A stretch of 64,000 nucleotides of DNA, from NCBI GenBank assembly GCA_964537215.1, contig CAZIBI010000006.1, positions 55,221 to 119,220 on the forward strand, read 5' to 3'. The notes beneath the pieces were generated by a model. That model was given only the letters and a program-made list of their open reading frames with translations, did not search any database and was not told the origin of the DNA. The translations under genes were made by a program, and so were the position numbers. The DNA comes from an uncultured Ignavibacteria bacterium (GTDB lineage: Bacteria > Zixibacteria > MSB-5A5 > CAIYYT01). Shown here piece after piece: positions 46,845 through 57,021 of this stretch; the first letter of the stretch is position 1, and each line of letters opens with the position of its first letter.

Positions 46845-49202
46845 ATGAAAAAGATCATTCTGATCGCCGTAACAGTTTGTCTCTTAGTGATTTGCAGCGT
46901 TTGGAGCGGAAGCGCAGCCTTGCGTGAGAAAATCTCCGTCAATTCTGCGGACCTGTCCATATCCACCGACTTTGAATCTCAAGCACTTAGAGTCCAATAC
47001 ACTGGCAATCAATCAGTTACGATCAAGAATGGCTTGCCCGCAATTGTCCGCCGCTATGTGGTGGAAAATGGGGAATTCGACTCCGTTTCTGTCGTCCGGG
47101 TGGGGAAGACCCCGATTGCCACAGGAGCCTCGTTAGCCACCGAGCCCGATATCGCCACCTTTGCCGGCGACGCCAATCGCGACGACCAGTTCTATTCGCG
47201 CGAACTGGCGAAAATCAACGCGACCGAAAAACCAGGCACCGTGATCGATCGCGGAATATTCAACGGCGTCGAAATCATCACCGTGCTTATTCAACCGCTC
47301 GAATTCGACGTCAACACTCGCATTTTGAGCCAGTTTTCCGACATCGAATTGGAGCTTCACGGCTCGGCCGATCTTGTGATCACGGAGACTTCTGATGCCG
47401 ATTTGATTCAGTCAAATCAATCCCTTTCAAAGAACGCCTCGCTTTCATCGGCGAGTTCATCAGCGGAATATTTGATTGTCACCGGCGCACAATTCCTCTC
47501 TGCCTTCGATGACCTCATTCGCTGGAAAACCGAAAAAGGCTTGAGCGTCGAAATCGCATCTGTGGGCGATATCGTTTTCCAATTCAGCGGTCGCGATGCC
47601 GCCGAACGTCTTCGCAATTATCTCATAAGCAAATACAACTCGGGCACGCGCTATGTCCTTCTTGCCGGCGATGAGCAAATCATTCCAATTCGTTACGCCT
47701 ATCACGGCAACACTGCGTCAATGCCGACTCTCGACTTGATGAATATCTGCGACTTGTACTATGGCGATGTCAACGGCACTTGGGACGCGGATGGCGACGG
47801 AGTCTACGGCGAGCCCGCGCAGGATCAGCCCGACCTGTATGCCGAACTTCTTGTCGGCCGTTTGCCGTTCCACGAGACCGAACAGTTCACCGCCTACATC
47901 GAAAAACTGATCAAATACGAACAAAATCCCGGCAACGGCAGCTACGAATATCTCAACCGCGCGCTCTTTATTTCCGCCGACCAAATGCGCGATTACCAAA
48001 CCGTCGGTCAGCACGCTTTGCTTGCAGCATCGTATCCGTCTTATGTCACCAGCGATGTCAGCGACGTTGTCGAAGCGCCCACCGGCGATGCTGCCAATCC
48101 GCAAACACCGCTTGCCTCCAGTGCAATCCAAACAATGTCCACCGGCTGGGGCATGATGTCGCTGCTCATTCACGGCGTCAATGACGGCTGGGTCTTGCGC
48201 TCGAACCAATACAATCAGTGGCCGAAGAATTTCCTGTTCACCGCCACCGGAAGCGATGACACTCATGGCTTCCTCCCGAACATCGAATCCAATGGCAAGC
48301 CCGGCGTCATCTACTCGATCGGCTGCGACAATGCTGCCTTCGACATGGACAATCCGCCGTTCTCATCAATCAATCCTTGTGTTGCCGAGTCGTTTCTCGC
48401 CAAAGCAGATGGCGGCGCCGTTTGTTTCGTCGGTTATTCGCGTTGGGGTTGGGTCGCAAGCTCCTGGCGTTTGGAAGAAGCATTCATTGACTATCTTTAC
48501 AATCACAATAACAACGCCGCCGAGGCTGTCAACTATTCTAAGTCGCAGTACACTTATTACCGCGACCTTTGCTACGGCTTGAATTATTTTGGCGATCCGG
48601 AAATGTCAGTCTGGACCCAAGCGCCGTTGCCAACACAAATCAGCGTCGACAAAATCACCCAAGCCGGTGAGATTGCTGTCCATGCAACCGTTTTATCCGG
48701 CGCAGATTTCCTTGCCGGAGCGCTCGTCACCGTCACAAAGAATGATAGCATCATTGCACAAGCCACCAGCGGCGCCGACGGCAGCGTAACTCTTCCAATC
48801 GACTTCAATATCACCGACGAATTTGTCATGACTGCATACATAGCGGGATACGCCGCAGCCATCAAGACCTTGGTGCCGGAAATCAGCCTCGATGCCGACG
48901 ACGAAACCGGTAGCACACTGCCGCAAGAATTCTCGCTGTATCAGAATTTCCCGAATCCCTTTAATCCTGCGACGACGATTCGCTTTGATGTTCCAACCGC
49001 ATCGAATGTCGTCATCGAAATCTTCAACGTGTTGGGGCAGATGATCGCTACAAGTTACGACGGTTTTGTTGGCGCCGGTTCTCATGAAGTTGCATGGAAT
49101 GGCGCCAATGAGGCCGGTCAGTCGGTGAGTTCAGGCGTCTATTTTGCCCGCATGCGCGCAGGCAATTTCACGCAAACAATCAAAATGTCGTTGCTAAAAT
49201 GA
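46845..49202 (+). CDS. Secreted C25 (gingipain-like) cysteine peptidase with C-terminal FlgD/T9SS-like domain
   Basis: Signal peptide MKKIILIA..., EYLIVT, YVLLAGD, DLYYGD, LLVGRLP, catalytic-type IHG and YSIGC, and C-terminal LYQNFPNPFNP...SGVYF. Confidence 0.85.
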   Translation: MKKIILIAVTVCLLVICSVWSGSAALREKISVNSADLSISTDFESQALRVQYTGNQSVTIKNGLPAIVRRYVVENGEFDSVSVVRVGKTPIATGASLATEPDIATFAGDANRDDQFYSRELAKINATEKPGTVIDRGIFNGVEIITVLIQPLEFDVNTRILSQFSDIELELHGSADLVITETSDADLIQSNQSLSKNASLSSASSSAEYLIVTGAQFLSAFDDLIRWKTEKGLSVEIASVGDIVFQFSGRDAAERLRNYLISKYNSGTRYVLLAGDEQIIPIRYAYHGNTASMPTLDLMNICDLYYGDVNGTWDADGDGVYGEPAQDQPDLYAELLVGRLPFHETEQFTAYIEKLIKYEQNPGNGSYEYLNRALFISADQMRDYQTVGQHALLAASYPSYVTSDVSDVVEAPTGDAANPQTPLASSAIQTMSTGWGMMSLLIHGVNDGWVLRSNQYNQWPKNFLFTATGSDDTHGFLPNIESNGKPGVIYSIGCDNAAFDMDNPPFSSINPCVAESFLAKADGGAVCFVGYSRWGWVASSWRLEEAFIDYLYNHNNNAAEAVNYSKSQYTYYRDLCYGLNYFGDPEMSVWTQAPLPTQISVDKITQAGEIAVHATVLSGADFLAGALVTVTKNDSIIAQATSGADGSVTLPIDFNITDEFVMTAYIAGYAAAIKTLVPEISLDADDETGSTLPQEFSLYQNFPNPFNPATTIRFDVPTASNVVIEIFNVLGQMIATSYDGFVGAGSHEVAWNGANEAGQSVSSGVYFARMRAGNFTQTIKMSLLK

Positions 49203-50057
49203 TTGCCGCATCACTTTGCGGTACGTTATTCGCACAACCGCGCCACAGCAGAAAACGAACGCCGCAAATGGACGCAACAAGGTCTTAATCCCCTTCAATT
49301 CGTGCTTCACGAGATAACGATAGAATCCCCGATGTGAATCCTTGATCAGCCACGTTCCTTCTTGTCTGGTCGATCCGCCCACTGCATGCAACGCCTTGGT
49401 ATTCGGGACAAAGATTATTTCAAGTCCTGCATCGATTATCCGTTTGCAGTAATCAACATCCGAAAAAAAGACGAAGAAATCTTCATCCATCGGCCCCAGA
49501 CTCTTCACAATTTCGCTCTTGATCATGAACGCCGATGCCATCGGCTGCTCAATCTTGGACTTTGTGTTGTGGTCAAAGTACTTACTCCGCCACCGACCGA
49601 ATCGCCGGCTCAATGGAAACAGGCGCGATAACCCCAACGACTCATGAACCAGTGTCATGAAGGTCGGCAAATTGCGTACGCTGCTTTGTATCGTGCCGTC
49701 GCTGCTCTGAAGTTGCGGCGCCGCTGCGGCCGTCGATGCTGTAGTTAGTTCAGCAAGCAGGCTCGTCGTGCAATCGTCTGCGAGCACGACGTCCGGGTTT
49801 AGCCAAAACTGATATTCGCCGCTCGAAGCCGCTATCGCCTGATTCATCCCCTTCGTGTAGCCGGAATTTGTCGAATTGAGTATGTACTTCACTCCGGCAA
49901 ATCCCTGCACCAAATCGGCGCAATTCTCCGCCGCGCTGTTGTCGACGACAATAATTTCCCGCTCGAACTCGCCGCTTTGCGCAGCTATCGAATTCAGAAG
50001 TTTGACAATCACATCGCGCGACCGGTACGCTACGATCAGGTACGATACTCTCGTCAT
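49194..50057 (-). CDS. Glycosyltransferase family 2
   Basis: IIVVDNS, NSGYTKGMN, LNPDV and FVFFSDVDYC. ATGA-coupled start at 50057. Confidence 0.88.
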   Translation of the reverse strand: MTRVSYLIVAYRSRDVIVKLLNSIAAQSGEFEREIIVVDNSAAENCADLVQGFAGVKYILNSTNSGYTKGMNQAIAASSGEYQFWLNPDVVLADDCTTSLLAELTTASTAAAAPQLQSSDGTIQSSVRNLPTFMTLVHESLGLSRLFPLSRRFGRWRSKYFDHNTKSKIEQPMASAFMIKSEIVKSLGPMDEDFFVFFSDVDYCKRIIDAGLEIIFVPNTKALHAVGGSTRQEGTWLIKDSHRGFYRYLVKHELKGIKTLLRPFAAFVFCCGAVVRITYRKVMRQSF

Positions 50058-51295
50058 TTCATCATCTCGTCGATTCGTTGCGCGAGGCGCGTGAATTGCA
50101 CTTGCCACTGATATTCGCGCATCATTTCGATGCTGCGCAAACCACGCGACGATTCACTGTTGCCGAGGAATTCTGCCAGCGCGCCGGCAAATTGCTCCGC
50201 TGTATCCACAACAACCACGCCAGGAAATTTGCGCTCTTCGAGAATCGATCGCGCGGCATTTCCTTTCGGCAAGACGGCTATCAACGGCGGCTCCGCCCGT
50301 AGCATCTCCCAAAGCTTCGACGGCACAACGAATGACGTGTCAAACTCGCTACTAAGTCCAATGACATTCACAGCGGTGCGGCGTATCGCCGCGACCGATT
50401 CCTTGTGCGGCAAATATCCACTGCTCGAAAACTTCTGCTCAAGTGAATTGCGATTCAAAATCTTTTTGACGTCCGGCAAATCCAGATATCCCGTGTGACA
50501 GACTCGCAAATCTCTACTTGCATGACGACGCGAATACTCTCCCAGCCAATCGCCGATCTGCTCAAATCCGACCAAGTGATTCAGCGTTCCGTACAACCCG
50601 ATAGTCTGCGGCAGCATCTCCACCGGTTCGTGAAAATCGTCTTCCAAAAACCCGTTTGGCACGAACATCGTCTTCGTAGCCGCGCCGTACTTGCTTGCGA
50701 ATGTCTCCGCTGTCTTCGGCGAAGTCGTCGTCACCAGCATCGCAGCATTGACAATCTGCTTTTGCAGCGCTTCCGCCCTCTGCATCTTCGCATCATCGCC
50801 ATCTGCAAACGGCAGCGACGACCAGACATCGCGCCAGTCTGAAATCCATCTGACGCTTTTTAGATCGGCCGCTTCAATCCCCACCAAATGCGCCGACACC
50901 GGCGGCGATGTCGTTATCACCAGACTCGGTTCGCTAGCGTCAACCAAACTTTTCACCGCTCGCGCCGCCGGCGCCGCAAATCCAACTTTTGAGTCGGGAA
51001 AAAGAGTCGCCGCCGCTGACTGTTGCGTCGATCTTCCCAACATTTTCTTAATCAGCCCAAGCGGCAGGAAACGCGAGAGGCGCGCCGGATCGGTCGACCC
51101 GACTCTGATCACGTTCACCCGTTTGTCGATTTCTGCTTCCATTGAATTGTCGTGAGCCGGATAGGCAATCGGCTTGACTGTAACCACAAACACTTCGTCG
51201 CCGCGCGCAGCGAAGAAATTCGCCAGCGCCAGCGGCCGTGCAGTCCCCGCTAGTCCCAGAGGCGGGAAATAATAGCTAACGATGATGACGCGCAT
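50054..51295 (-). CDS. Glycosyltransferase family 4
   Basis: SYYFPPLG..G..R, TTSPPVSAH, DWRDVW and PSKLWE motifs. Confidence 0.85.
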   Translation of the reverse strand: MRVIIVSYYFPPLGLAGTARPLALANFFAARGDEVFVVTVKPIAYPAHDNSMEAEIDKRVNVIRVGSTDPARLSRFLPLGLIKKMLGRSTQQSAAATLFPDSKVGFAAPAARAVKSLVDASEPSLVITTSPPVSAHLVGIEAADLKSVRWISDWRDVWSSLPFADGDDAKMQRAEALQKQIVNAAMLVTTTSPKTAETFASKYGAATKTMFVPNGFLEDDFHEPVEMLPQTIGLYGTLNHLVGFEQIGDWLGEYSRRHASRDLRVCHTGYLDLPDVKKILNRNSLEQKFSSSGYLPHKESVAAIRRTAVNVIGLSSEFDTSFVVPSKLWEMLRAEPPLIAVLPKGNAARSILEERKFPGVVVVDTAEQFAGALAEFLGNSESSRGLRSIEMMREYQWQVQFTRLAQRIDEMMK

Positions 51296-52355
51296 GTTCC
51301 GCTGCGTAATCGTCAATCAGACGTTTGAAGGTATAGTCCGCCAATTTCATCTGCTGTTCGCGAATTCCTTTTGCCGCCAAAGTCGGCGCATACGCCGAGT
51401 AGGCCTCGTGGCGCGCAGTCAGAGTCTGTCCTAGCTTGATCTTTGCCGCCAACTGTGCCGCATCTGAAATTGAGAAGAAATGCCGCTCATCGTTGAGCCA
51501 TTCGCGATTGCCGGGAATGTCGGTCACGACAGGATACAATTTCTGCGACATCGCCTCCAGCAGCGATACCGAAGACGAATCTGACTTTGCCGTCGACACA
51601 TACACGTCGTGGCTGCGATACAAATTGAAGAGTTGTTCGTCGTTTTGAAAACCGGTGAACGACGTTACGTCGCTGATATCCAGTTCCCCCGCCAATTGCC
51701 GCAGGCTCTCTTCCATTGATCCGCCGCCGGCTACAGTGAGTTGGAGCGCGAACCCTTCATCCTTAAGCAGACGCGCAGCCTTCAGCACCGTCGCGATATC
51801 GTACAGCGGCTCATGCCGCCGCGTACTTAGAATCTTCAGCGGCTTTGATTCAGCCAGCTCGCGCGCCTGTCCGCTTTCGAACCACGATTTGCGCACGCCG
51901 AAGCTCACCACCAGGTGCCGCGCTATCGGAAATATCTTCTTCGTCTCGCCGACCATCATCTGCGAGTCCATCACGACCAAATCCGCGCGTTTCAAAACGT
52001 ACTCGCTCCGTTTGCGCCGCACGAATCCCTTCGCGCCGGTCAAAAGCAAATCCGACCCCCACAACGTCAGTACAAGCGGATGTGCATTAACCGCTGCCGC
52101 CGTGAGTCCATAGGTCGGCAGAAAGTGCGCGTTAATGATATTTGGTTTGAATTCGGCAATCAACTTTTCGACCTGATCCGCCAGCGTCAAATAACGTAGC
52201 GGTCCGCGTTTCCAACTCGGCTTGAGCCGTGTCCCGGCAAAGTCCTCGCGAAAATCGCACGAGGCTGTCATTACTTCCCAACCCATTTTTTCAAATGCCG
52301 CATGCCAGCGCAACAAATGCGGCGCGATCGCCTCGCCGAGAAAAAGAATCCTCAC
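51276..52355 (-). CDS. Glycosyltransferase family 4
   Basis: INAHF, TLWGSD, STRRHEP.Y and SVSLLEAMS. Confidence 0.85.
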   Translation of the reverse strand: MRILFLGEAIAPHLLRWHAAFEKMGWEVMTASCDFREDFAGTRLKPSWKRGPLRYLTLADQVEKLIAEFKPNIINAHFLPTYGLTAAAVNAHPLVLTLWGSDLLLTGAKGFVRRKRSEYVLKRADLVVMDSQMMVGETKKIFPIARHLVVSFGVRKSWFESGQARELAESKPLKILSTRRHEPLYDIATVLKAARLLKDEGFALQLTVAGGGSMEESLRQLAGELDISDVTSFTGFQNDEQLFNLYRSHDVYVSTAKSDSSSVSLLEAMSQKLYPVVTDIPGNREWLNDERHFFSISDAAQLAAKIKLGQTLTARHEAYSAYAPTLAAKGIREQQMKLADYTFKRLIDDYAAEHARHHR

Positions 52356-53278
52356 CGCAGCCTCGTCATGAAATCAATCAGCCGCTTGGCTTGCGAGCGC
52401 CGACAATATTCACGATAAGCTACGTCGCGCGCGCCCCAGCCTTCCTTAAATCGCCGCAGCCCCTTATCCAGCGGCGGCGTAGCGCCCAAATTCAGACGCG
52501 CTATTCCATTTTCTCGAAATTGTGTAGTCATTGTGTCCATCAGGAAGAAATTTGCACCCTGCTCAAGACCGGCCGTAGTCGAAAACCCATCAAAGTAAAA
52601 TGCATCCGTGGCCGTTTCGAAATAGATGTGTATGCACTGAATACCATCCTGATTCGACGCGCCATACACTGACACACCGCTTCCCGACTCACCAGACTTC
52701 GCCAATAAGTATTCGTAGCAAGACAGCGGCATCCGGCGATATTCACCCGTTCGCTTTTGATGGGTTTCCAGTAACGAAACAAACTTGCTATGTGAAGCTG
52801 AATCTAGCCTTGCAAGCACGAAATTGTTTTCCGCCGCCTTGCGAATATTGCGCGTCGTATTCTCCGACATTTCCCCTTGCGTTTTCAGATCGATGATGTG
52901 TGTAGTCAAGTCTGTTCGTATGTAAGCCGCCGGAAAACTCTCATCCACCGCCGATCCAAACGTCACGAAATTCTCCTGCAGATAATTCCTTCGCAGGACC
53001 CCTGCGATCACTTCTTCGCGTTCAACTTCCGTTCCTTGATCGATAAACCCGCCATATCCCCCATACGGCATTGAAAAAAACAGCTTCCCGATGTTCGTAG
53101 TCTTTTCGAATCCAATTGCACGCGCGTCGCCGTAAGCGATACTCAATCCATCCCAGCCCAAGACATCGCGCCACATGGACAGCAGCGCCGGCAACACAAA
53201 TACCGCCGCCGGTCCACTCAACTGAATCTGCGCTGCTTGCCCGGTCGCGTCGATCAGTTGACGAATTACAACTGACAT
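52352..53278 (-). CDS. GNAT/FemAB-like acyltransferase
   Basis: SMPYGGYGG, TRNIRKA and LNLGAT...GLRRFKEGWGA, typical of FemAB/Acetyltransf_6-type proteins. Confidence 0.75.
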   Translation of the reverse strand: MSVVIRQLIDATGQAAQIQLSGPAAVFVLPALLSMWRDVLGWDGLSIAYGDARAIGFEKTTNIGKLFFSMPYGGYGGFIDQGTEVEREEVIAGVLRRNYLQENFVTFGSAVDESFPAAYIRTDLTTHIIDLKTQGEMSENTTRNIRKAAENNFVLARLDSASHSKFVSLLETHQKRTGEYRRMPLSCYEYLLAKSGESGSGVSVYGASNQDGIQCIHIYFETATDAFYFDGFSTTAGLEQGANFFLMDTMTTQFRENGIARLNLGATPPLDKGLRRFKEGWGARDVAYREYCRRSQAKRLIDFMTRLR

Positions 53279-53283
53279 TGATT

Positions 53284-55482
53284 TTATCGCCTGACTACGA
53301 GTATTTTGCCCGTGTGGTGAGAGCCGTCTTCAGCTTTGAGTTCCCAGATGTACACGCCCGATGCTACAAACTCGCCCGCTTGATTTCGCCCGTCCCAACC
53401 TGTATTGACCGTCGTTTCGCGCACCAAATCGAAAGCAACAGTGAAAATCTTGACGTCGCCGCGTAGATCGATTTGAAATTGCAGCACGTCGTCGCTCGCC
53501 GAGCCAATCCGAAATGGATTCGGGTAAGCGTACACGCCAATATCCGACGACTCGTTTCCCGAGCTGTAATCGAGAATGCTCAATCCGCCGCGCGTGAATA
53601 TCAGCAGCTTCTTCTTCGCTTCGTCGTAAACGAGGCTCTCAATTTCGTTGGACACCAGATCGGAATTCGCCGTCGTGAATGCCACCGGCTCGGAGGCACC
53701 CGCGCCAAGCAGCGCCAGTCCTTCCGTTGTTCCCACCCAAAGATTGTTGCGCGTGTCTGCCGCGATTGCCGTAATGTTTGACCCGATCCCGTCTGCGATT
53801 GCCGTCGGGAAAAACAAATCGATGCCCTCATCAAAATACGCCAGTCCCTGATTCGTTCCCACCCACAGCACGTTGTCCCGGTCATACGCCATCGCAGTCA
53901 CGACATCCGAGGGTAAGAATCGATTGCGGCTGAAATACGCCAACTGGTCGTCATTGTGATTTTCCGGATCCAGTCCATAGCGCAAGAACGCTACGCCTTG
54001 ATCGTCGACGCCTACGGCCGCCGTACCGTCGCCTGCCGCAATAACTTGGTTGTTTCCGCTCACCAATCCGTCTTCAGCGTCAAACCAGGTCCAGCTTGAA
54101 TCGACCGGTGTAAACACTACCATCGGTCGGAACGGACTCGCCTGGAAAAGCGAAAACCAGATGCGCCCGGCGCCGTCTTCGTAGACGCTGTTCACGACGC
54201 ACACATTCGGATCCTGTTGAATACCGATCAACGGCGAATTCGAATTTGTGAATTGCTGCGTCGTGCCGTTCGGCAGCAATCGATATGCCCCGCCGCCAAA
54301 AGTTGTCAGCCACAAACTGCCGCTCTTGTCAACCAATGCCGCCAGCCTCTCACTGGAAGAGATATTCCGGTACTCCCACACGTTGTTTTCTAGAATCGAA
54401 ACATCGTTGTCGCGTGCAACAACGAACAACTTGCCATCTGCATCATACCCGCCGCCCACGAGATTATTGCTCGCCGGTCCCGGTGCCGGCATCTTATCGG
54501 CCGTCGTGTTGCTGGTGATCTTGTGCACGCCGTCGGCGTTGGTGCCCAGATACCAACCCTGCGCGTACTCCAGCGAATTCATGCCGGTCAAAAGCGCCTG
54601 CGGGAGTTGGTACACAATCCATTCAAACGGCGACACTCGGAAAATCTGCTTTCCGCCTTCGCCTTGCACCAGCGCATACAACCCTGCCGCCGGCTGATTT
54701 CCAGGCGCAAGATCAAGAATTCGCATCGCAGCAAAACCCTCCACCGGAACCAACGCACCCGCTCCGTCCCATTGGTACAGCCGCTGATCAGTGCCGACAT
54801 ACAGTGTTCCGCCGAAAGTGCCGAAGCAGCTAATCTTGATATCTTCAACGCCGCTCAAACCCAGCTCGATATTTGTCCACTGGCTTGGATCAAGCAGGAA
54901 CTCGTTGTCGACATCCGCGTAAGCGATCCCTTCATTGGTGCCGGCGAAAACTTTGCCGTCGAAAACAACCACGTCGTTGACTTCCGATTCGCTCTGAAAT
55001 ATTCCCAATGTGCGGTAAGTCTCTTTCACTTCGCCGTCATTGCGAACGCGGTCATACTTGATCAACCCGACGTTCGCCGCCACCCACAAAAAATCGCCGC
55101 TGGTGTCGGCGGCATTTAGCGATAAAACACTTCCGTCGCGTGAACGCAGCTGTGTCGAAGAAAACGCACCGTTTGAAAGCAACATCCGGCTCAACATTCC
55201 GTCGCTGGAACCGAAATACGCCTCGTCGCCGCCGGCGGATGCTGCGAAGTTAATCTTGATGCTTCCCAATCCGTCGCTGTTGATGTACGTCTTGACTGAT
55301 CCATCATCCGGATCGATGCGCACCACGCCGCCCGTCGTCGTTGCCCACAAGTACCCGCCAAATGATTCCAGCGATGTGACCTGGTCTTTGTTGGTGTGAT
55401 TTTCCCAAGTGTAAACCTGCGCAAGCGCAGAGCCCGCGAGTACAAAGATAAATATGAAAATGCCGGTCAGTTTTTTAGCCAT
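53284..55482 (-). CDS. PorZ-like secreted beta-propeller protein with C-terminal Ig-like sorting domain
   Basis: Signal peptide, repeated two-component-regulator-propeller motifs (LWATTTGG, LWVGTNQGL, NSDLVSNEI) and C-terminal VYAYPNPF...WDGRN..G..VASGVY. Confidence 0.7.
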   Translation of the reverse strand: MAKKLTGIFIFIFVLAGSALAQVYTWENHTNKDQVTSLESFGGYLWATTTGGVVRIDPDDGSVKTYINSDGLGSIKINFAASAGGDEAYFGSSDGMLSRMLLSNGAFSSTQLRSRDGSVLSLNAADTSGDFLWVAANVGLIKYDRVRNDGEVKETYRTLGIFQSESEVNDVVVFDGKVFAGTNEGIAYADVDNEFLLDPSQWTNIELGLSGVEDIKISCFGTFGGTLYVGTDQRLYQWDGAGALVPVEGFAAMRILDLAPGNQPAAGLYALVQGEGGKQIFRVSPFEWIVYQLPQALLTGMNSLEYAQGWYLGTNADGVHKITSNTTADKMPAPGPASNNLVGGGYDADGKLFVVARDNDVSILENNVWEYRNISSSERLAALVDKSGSLWLTTFGGGAYRLLPNGTTQQFTNSNSPLIGIQQDPNVCVVNSVYEDGAGRIWFSLFQASPFRPMVVFTPVDSSWTWFDAEDGLVSGNNQVIAAGDGTAAVGVDDQGVAFLRYGLDPENHNDDQLAYFSRNRFLPSDVVTAMAYDRDNVLWVGTNQGLAYFDEGIDLFFPTAIADGIGSNITAIAADTRNNLWVGTTEGLALLGAGASEPVAFTTANSDLVSNEIESLVYDEAKKKLLIFTRGGLSILDYSSGNESSDIGVYAYPNPFRIGSASDDVLQFQIDLRGDVKIFTVAFDLVRETTVNTGWDGRNQAGEFVASGVYIWELKAEDGSHHTGKILVVRR

Positions 55483-56983
55483 GGCGTCTCTTCGTAATTG
55501 CTAGAATTATACCCCCGAGAAGCGCCATCGCAAGGCAAATCTTGCCGAGCACGGCGCCCCACAGTTGGTACATCGTCACCCCCATGCGCGGCCCGATCTT
55601 GCCGGTCAAATACGTTCGTCCCCCCAACTGTGTCTTCGCTACGACACGACCGTATGGATCAAAGATTCCGCAGATTCCCGTGTTCGCTGCACGCACGATC
55701 CAGACACGATTCTCCACCGCGCGAAATACCGGGATATAGAAATGTTGATACGGTCCCGCCGTCTCGCCAAACCAATCATCATTGGTTATCACCGCCAAAA
55801 AATCGGCGCCCTTGTTGACCATTTCGCGCACAAATTCCGGATAGACGACCTCGAAACAAATCAACGTCCCAAACTTACGGCCGTGCGACTCAAATTCCAC
55901 GATGCTGTCACCGGGTTGAAAATCAGAAATATCCAGCGCCAGCCGTTCCTTGACGAATTCGCGAAACTTCGCAATCGGCTTGATCTTTTCGGCGTAAGGC
56001 ATATGCTCGCCGAACGGTACCAGGTAGAGTTTGTTGTGCGGTGTTGGCGACATCCCTTCCGGCGTAAAGAAAAACGCCGAATTGTAATATTTCCGCATTC
56101 CCTCCGGCGTCCGCGTCATGTACAATCCGCCGGTCATGATATCGACATTCTCCCGGCGCGCAATTGACTCAATCCATGCAATGTACGGCCGCTCCAAATT
56201 CAAATACATTGGTGCCGCGCTCTCCGGCCAGATCAGAAGCTTCGCCGAATCGGCAGCTTTCGCGCTAAGTTCGTCATAGGCGACAAAGTTGTGATCCGCC
56301 TTGCCGTTCTGCCATTTGTCATTAACCGGAATGTTGCCCTGCAGCGCGGCCACCTCGAAATCCGGCGCTACCGGATGAATCCTCGTCACGCCCCAGATGT
56401 ACGCCCCGCTGTACAGCATGATCGCAGCCACAAACAACGCGCTCGAAAGCACCATGCGCCGAAGATTCGCATAAGCGAAATACAGCACCAGTCCGATGAC
56501 ACAGACAAAAAATGTCACTGTTGCATCGCCGCTGATTTCTGCCAGTTGGACAATGGCGATATTGGAAGCCTGCGTATACGAGATATTCTGCCACGGAAAC
56601 GACACCTGCGACAACGAGCGCAAGTATTCCATTCCAACCCACAATATCGGCAGCGACCATAGCCCGGCGCGTCCGTAGCGCTTCGAACTTTCCGCCGCCA
56701 AACCGCCGATGATTGCATAGTAGAACGAGTGAATCAAAACCAGCAGCACGACACCGACGACGTTGACATACACCACCCAGTACAGCGTCAGTATCGCCGT
56801 GATTACTCCGAATACATAGCCGCTGCGGAAACCCTCTTTGAATCCGAGACCGCGAATTGAGGCGGCGAAAATCGGCACGAAAAAATACGCCAGAAACCAA
56901 AGCGGTGAAGGCTCAAAGGCCAGAGAGAAAAATAGCGCGGAGATGATTAGGACGATGTTTCTTTGGGGGAGCGTAAATCGCAT
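55475..56983 (-). CDS. lnt: Apolipoprotein N-acyltransferase
   Basis: Multi-transmembrane N-terminus, QGN, WPESA, KLYLVPFGE, ICFEVVY and RAANTG. Confidence 0.95.
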   Translation of the reverse strand: MRFTLPQRNIVLIISALFFSLAFEPSPLWFLAYFFVPIFAASIRGLGFKEGFRSGYVFGVITAILTLYWVVYVNVVGVVLLVLIHSFYYAIIGGLAAESSKRYGRAGLWSLPILWVGMEYLRSLSQVSFPWQNISYTQASNIAIVQLAEISGDATVTFFVCVIGLVLYFAYANLRRMVLSSALFVAAIMLYSGAYIWGVTRIHPVAPDFEVAALQGNIPVNDKWQNGKADHNFVAYDELSAKAADSAKLLIWPESAAPMYLNLERPYIAWIESIARRENVDIMTGGLYMTRTPEGMRKYYNSAFFFTPEGMSPTPHNKLYLVPFGEHMPYAEKIKPIAKFREFVKERLALDISDFQPGDSIVEFESHGRKFGTLICFEVVYPEFVREMVNKGADFLAVITNDDWFGETAGPYQHFYIPVFRAVENRVWIVRAANTGICGIFDPYGRVVAKTQLGGRTYLTGKIGPRMGVTMYQLWGAVLGKICLAMALLGGIILAITKRRHG

Positions 56984-57021
56984 TCAGGTTCTATACGGCG
57001 GTGTTCTGCGGGCGCCACTTG

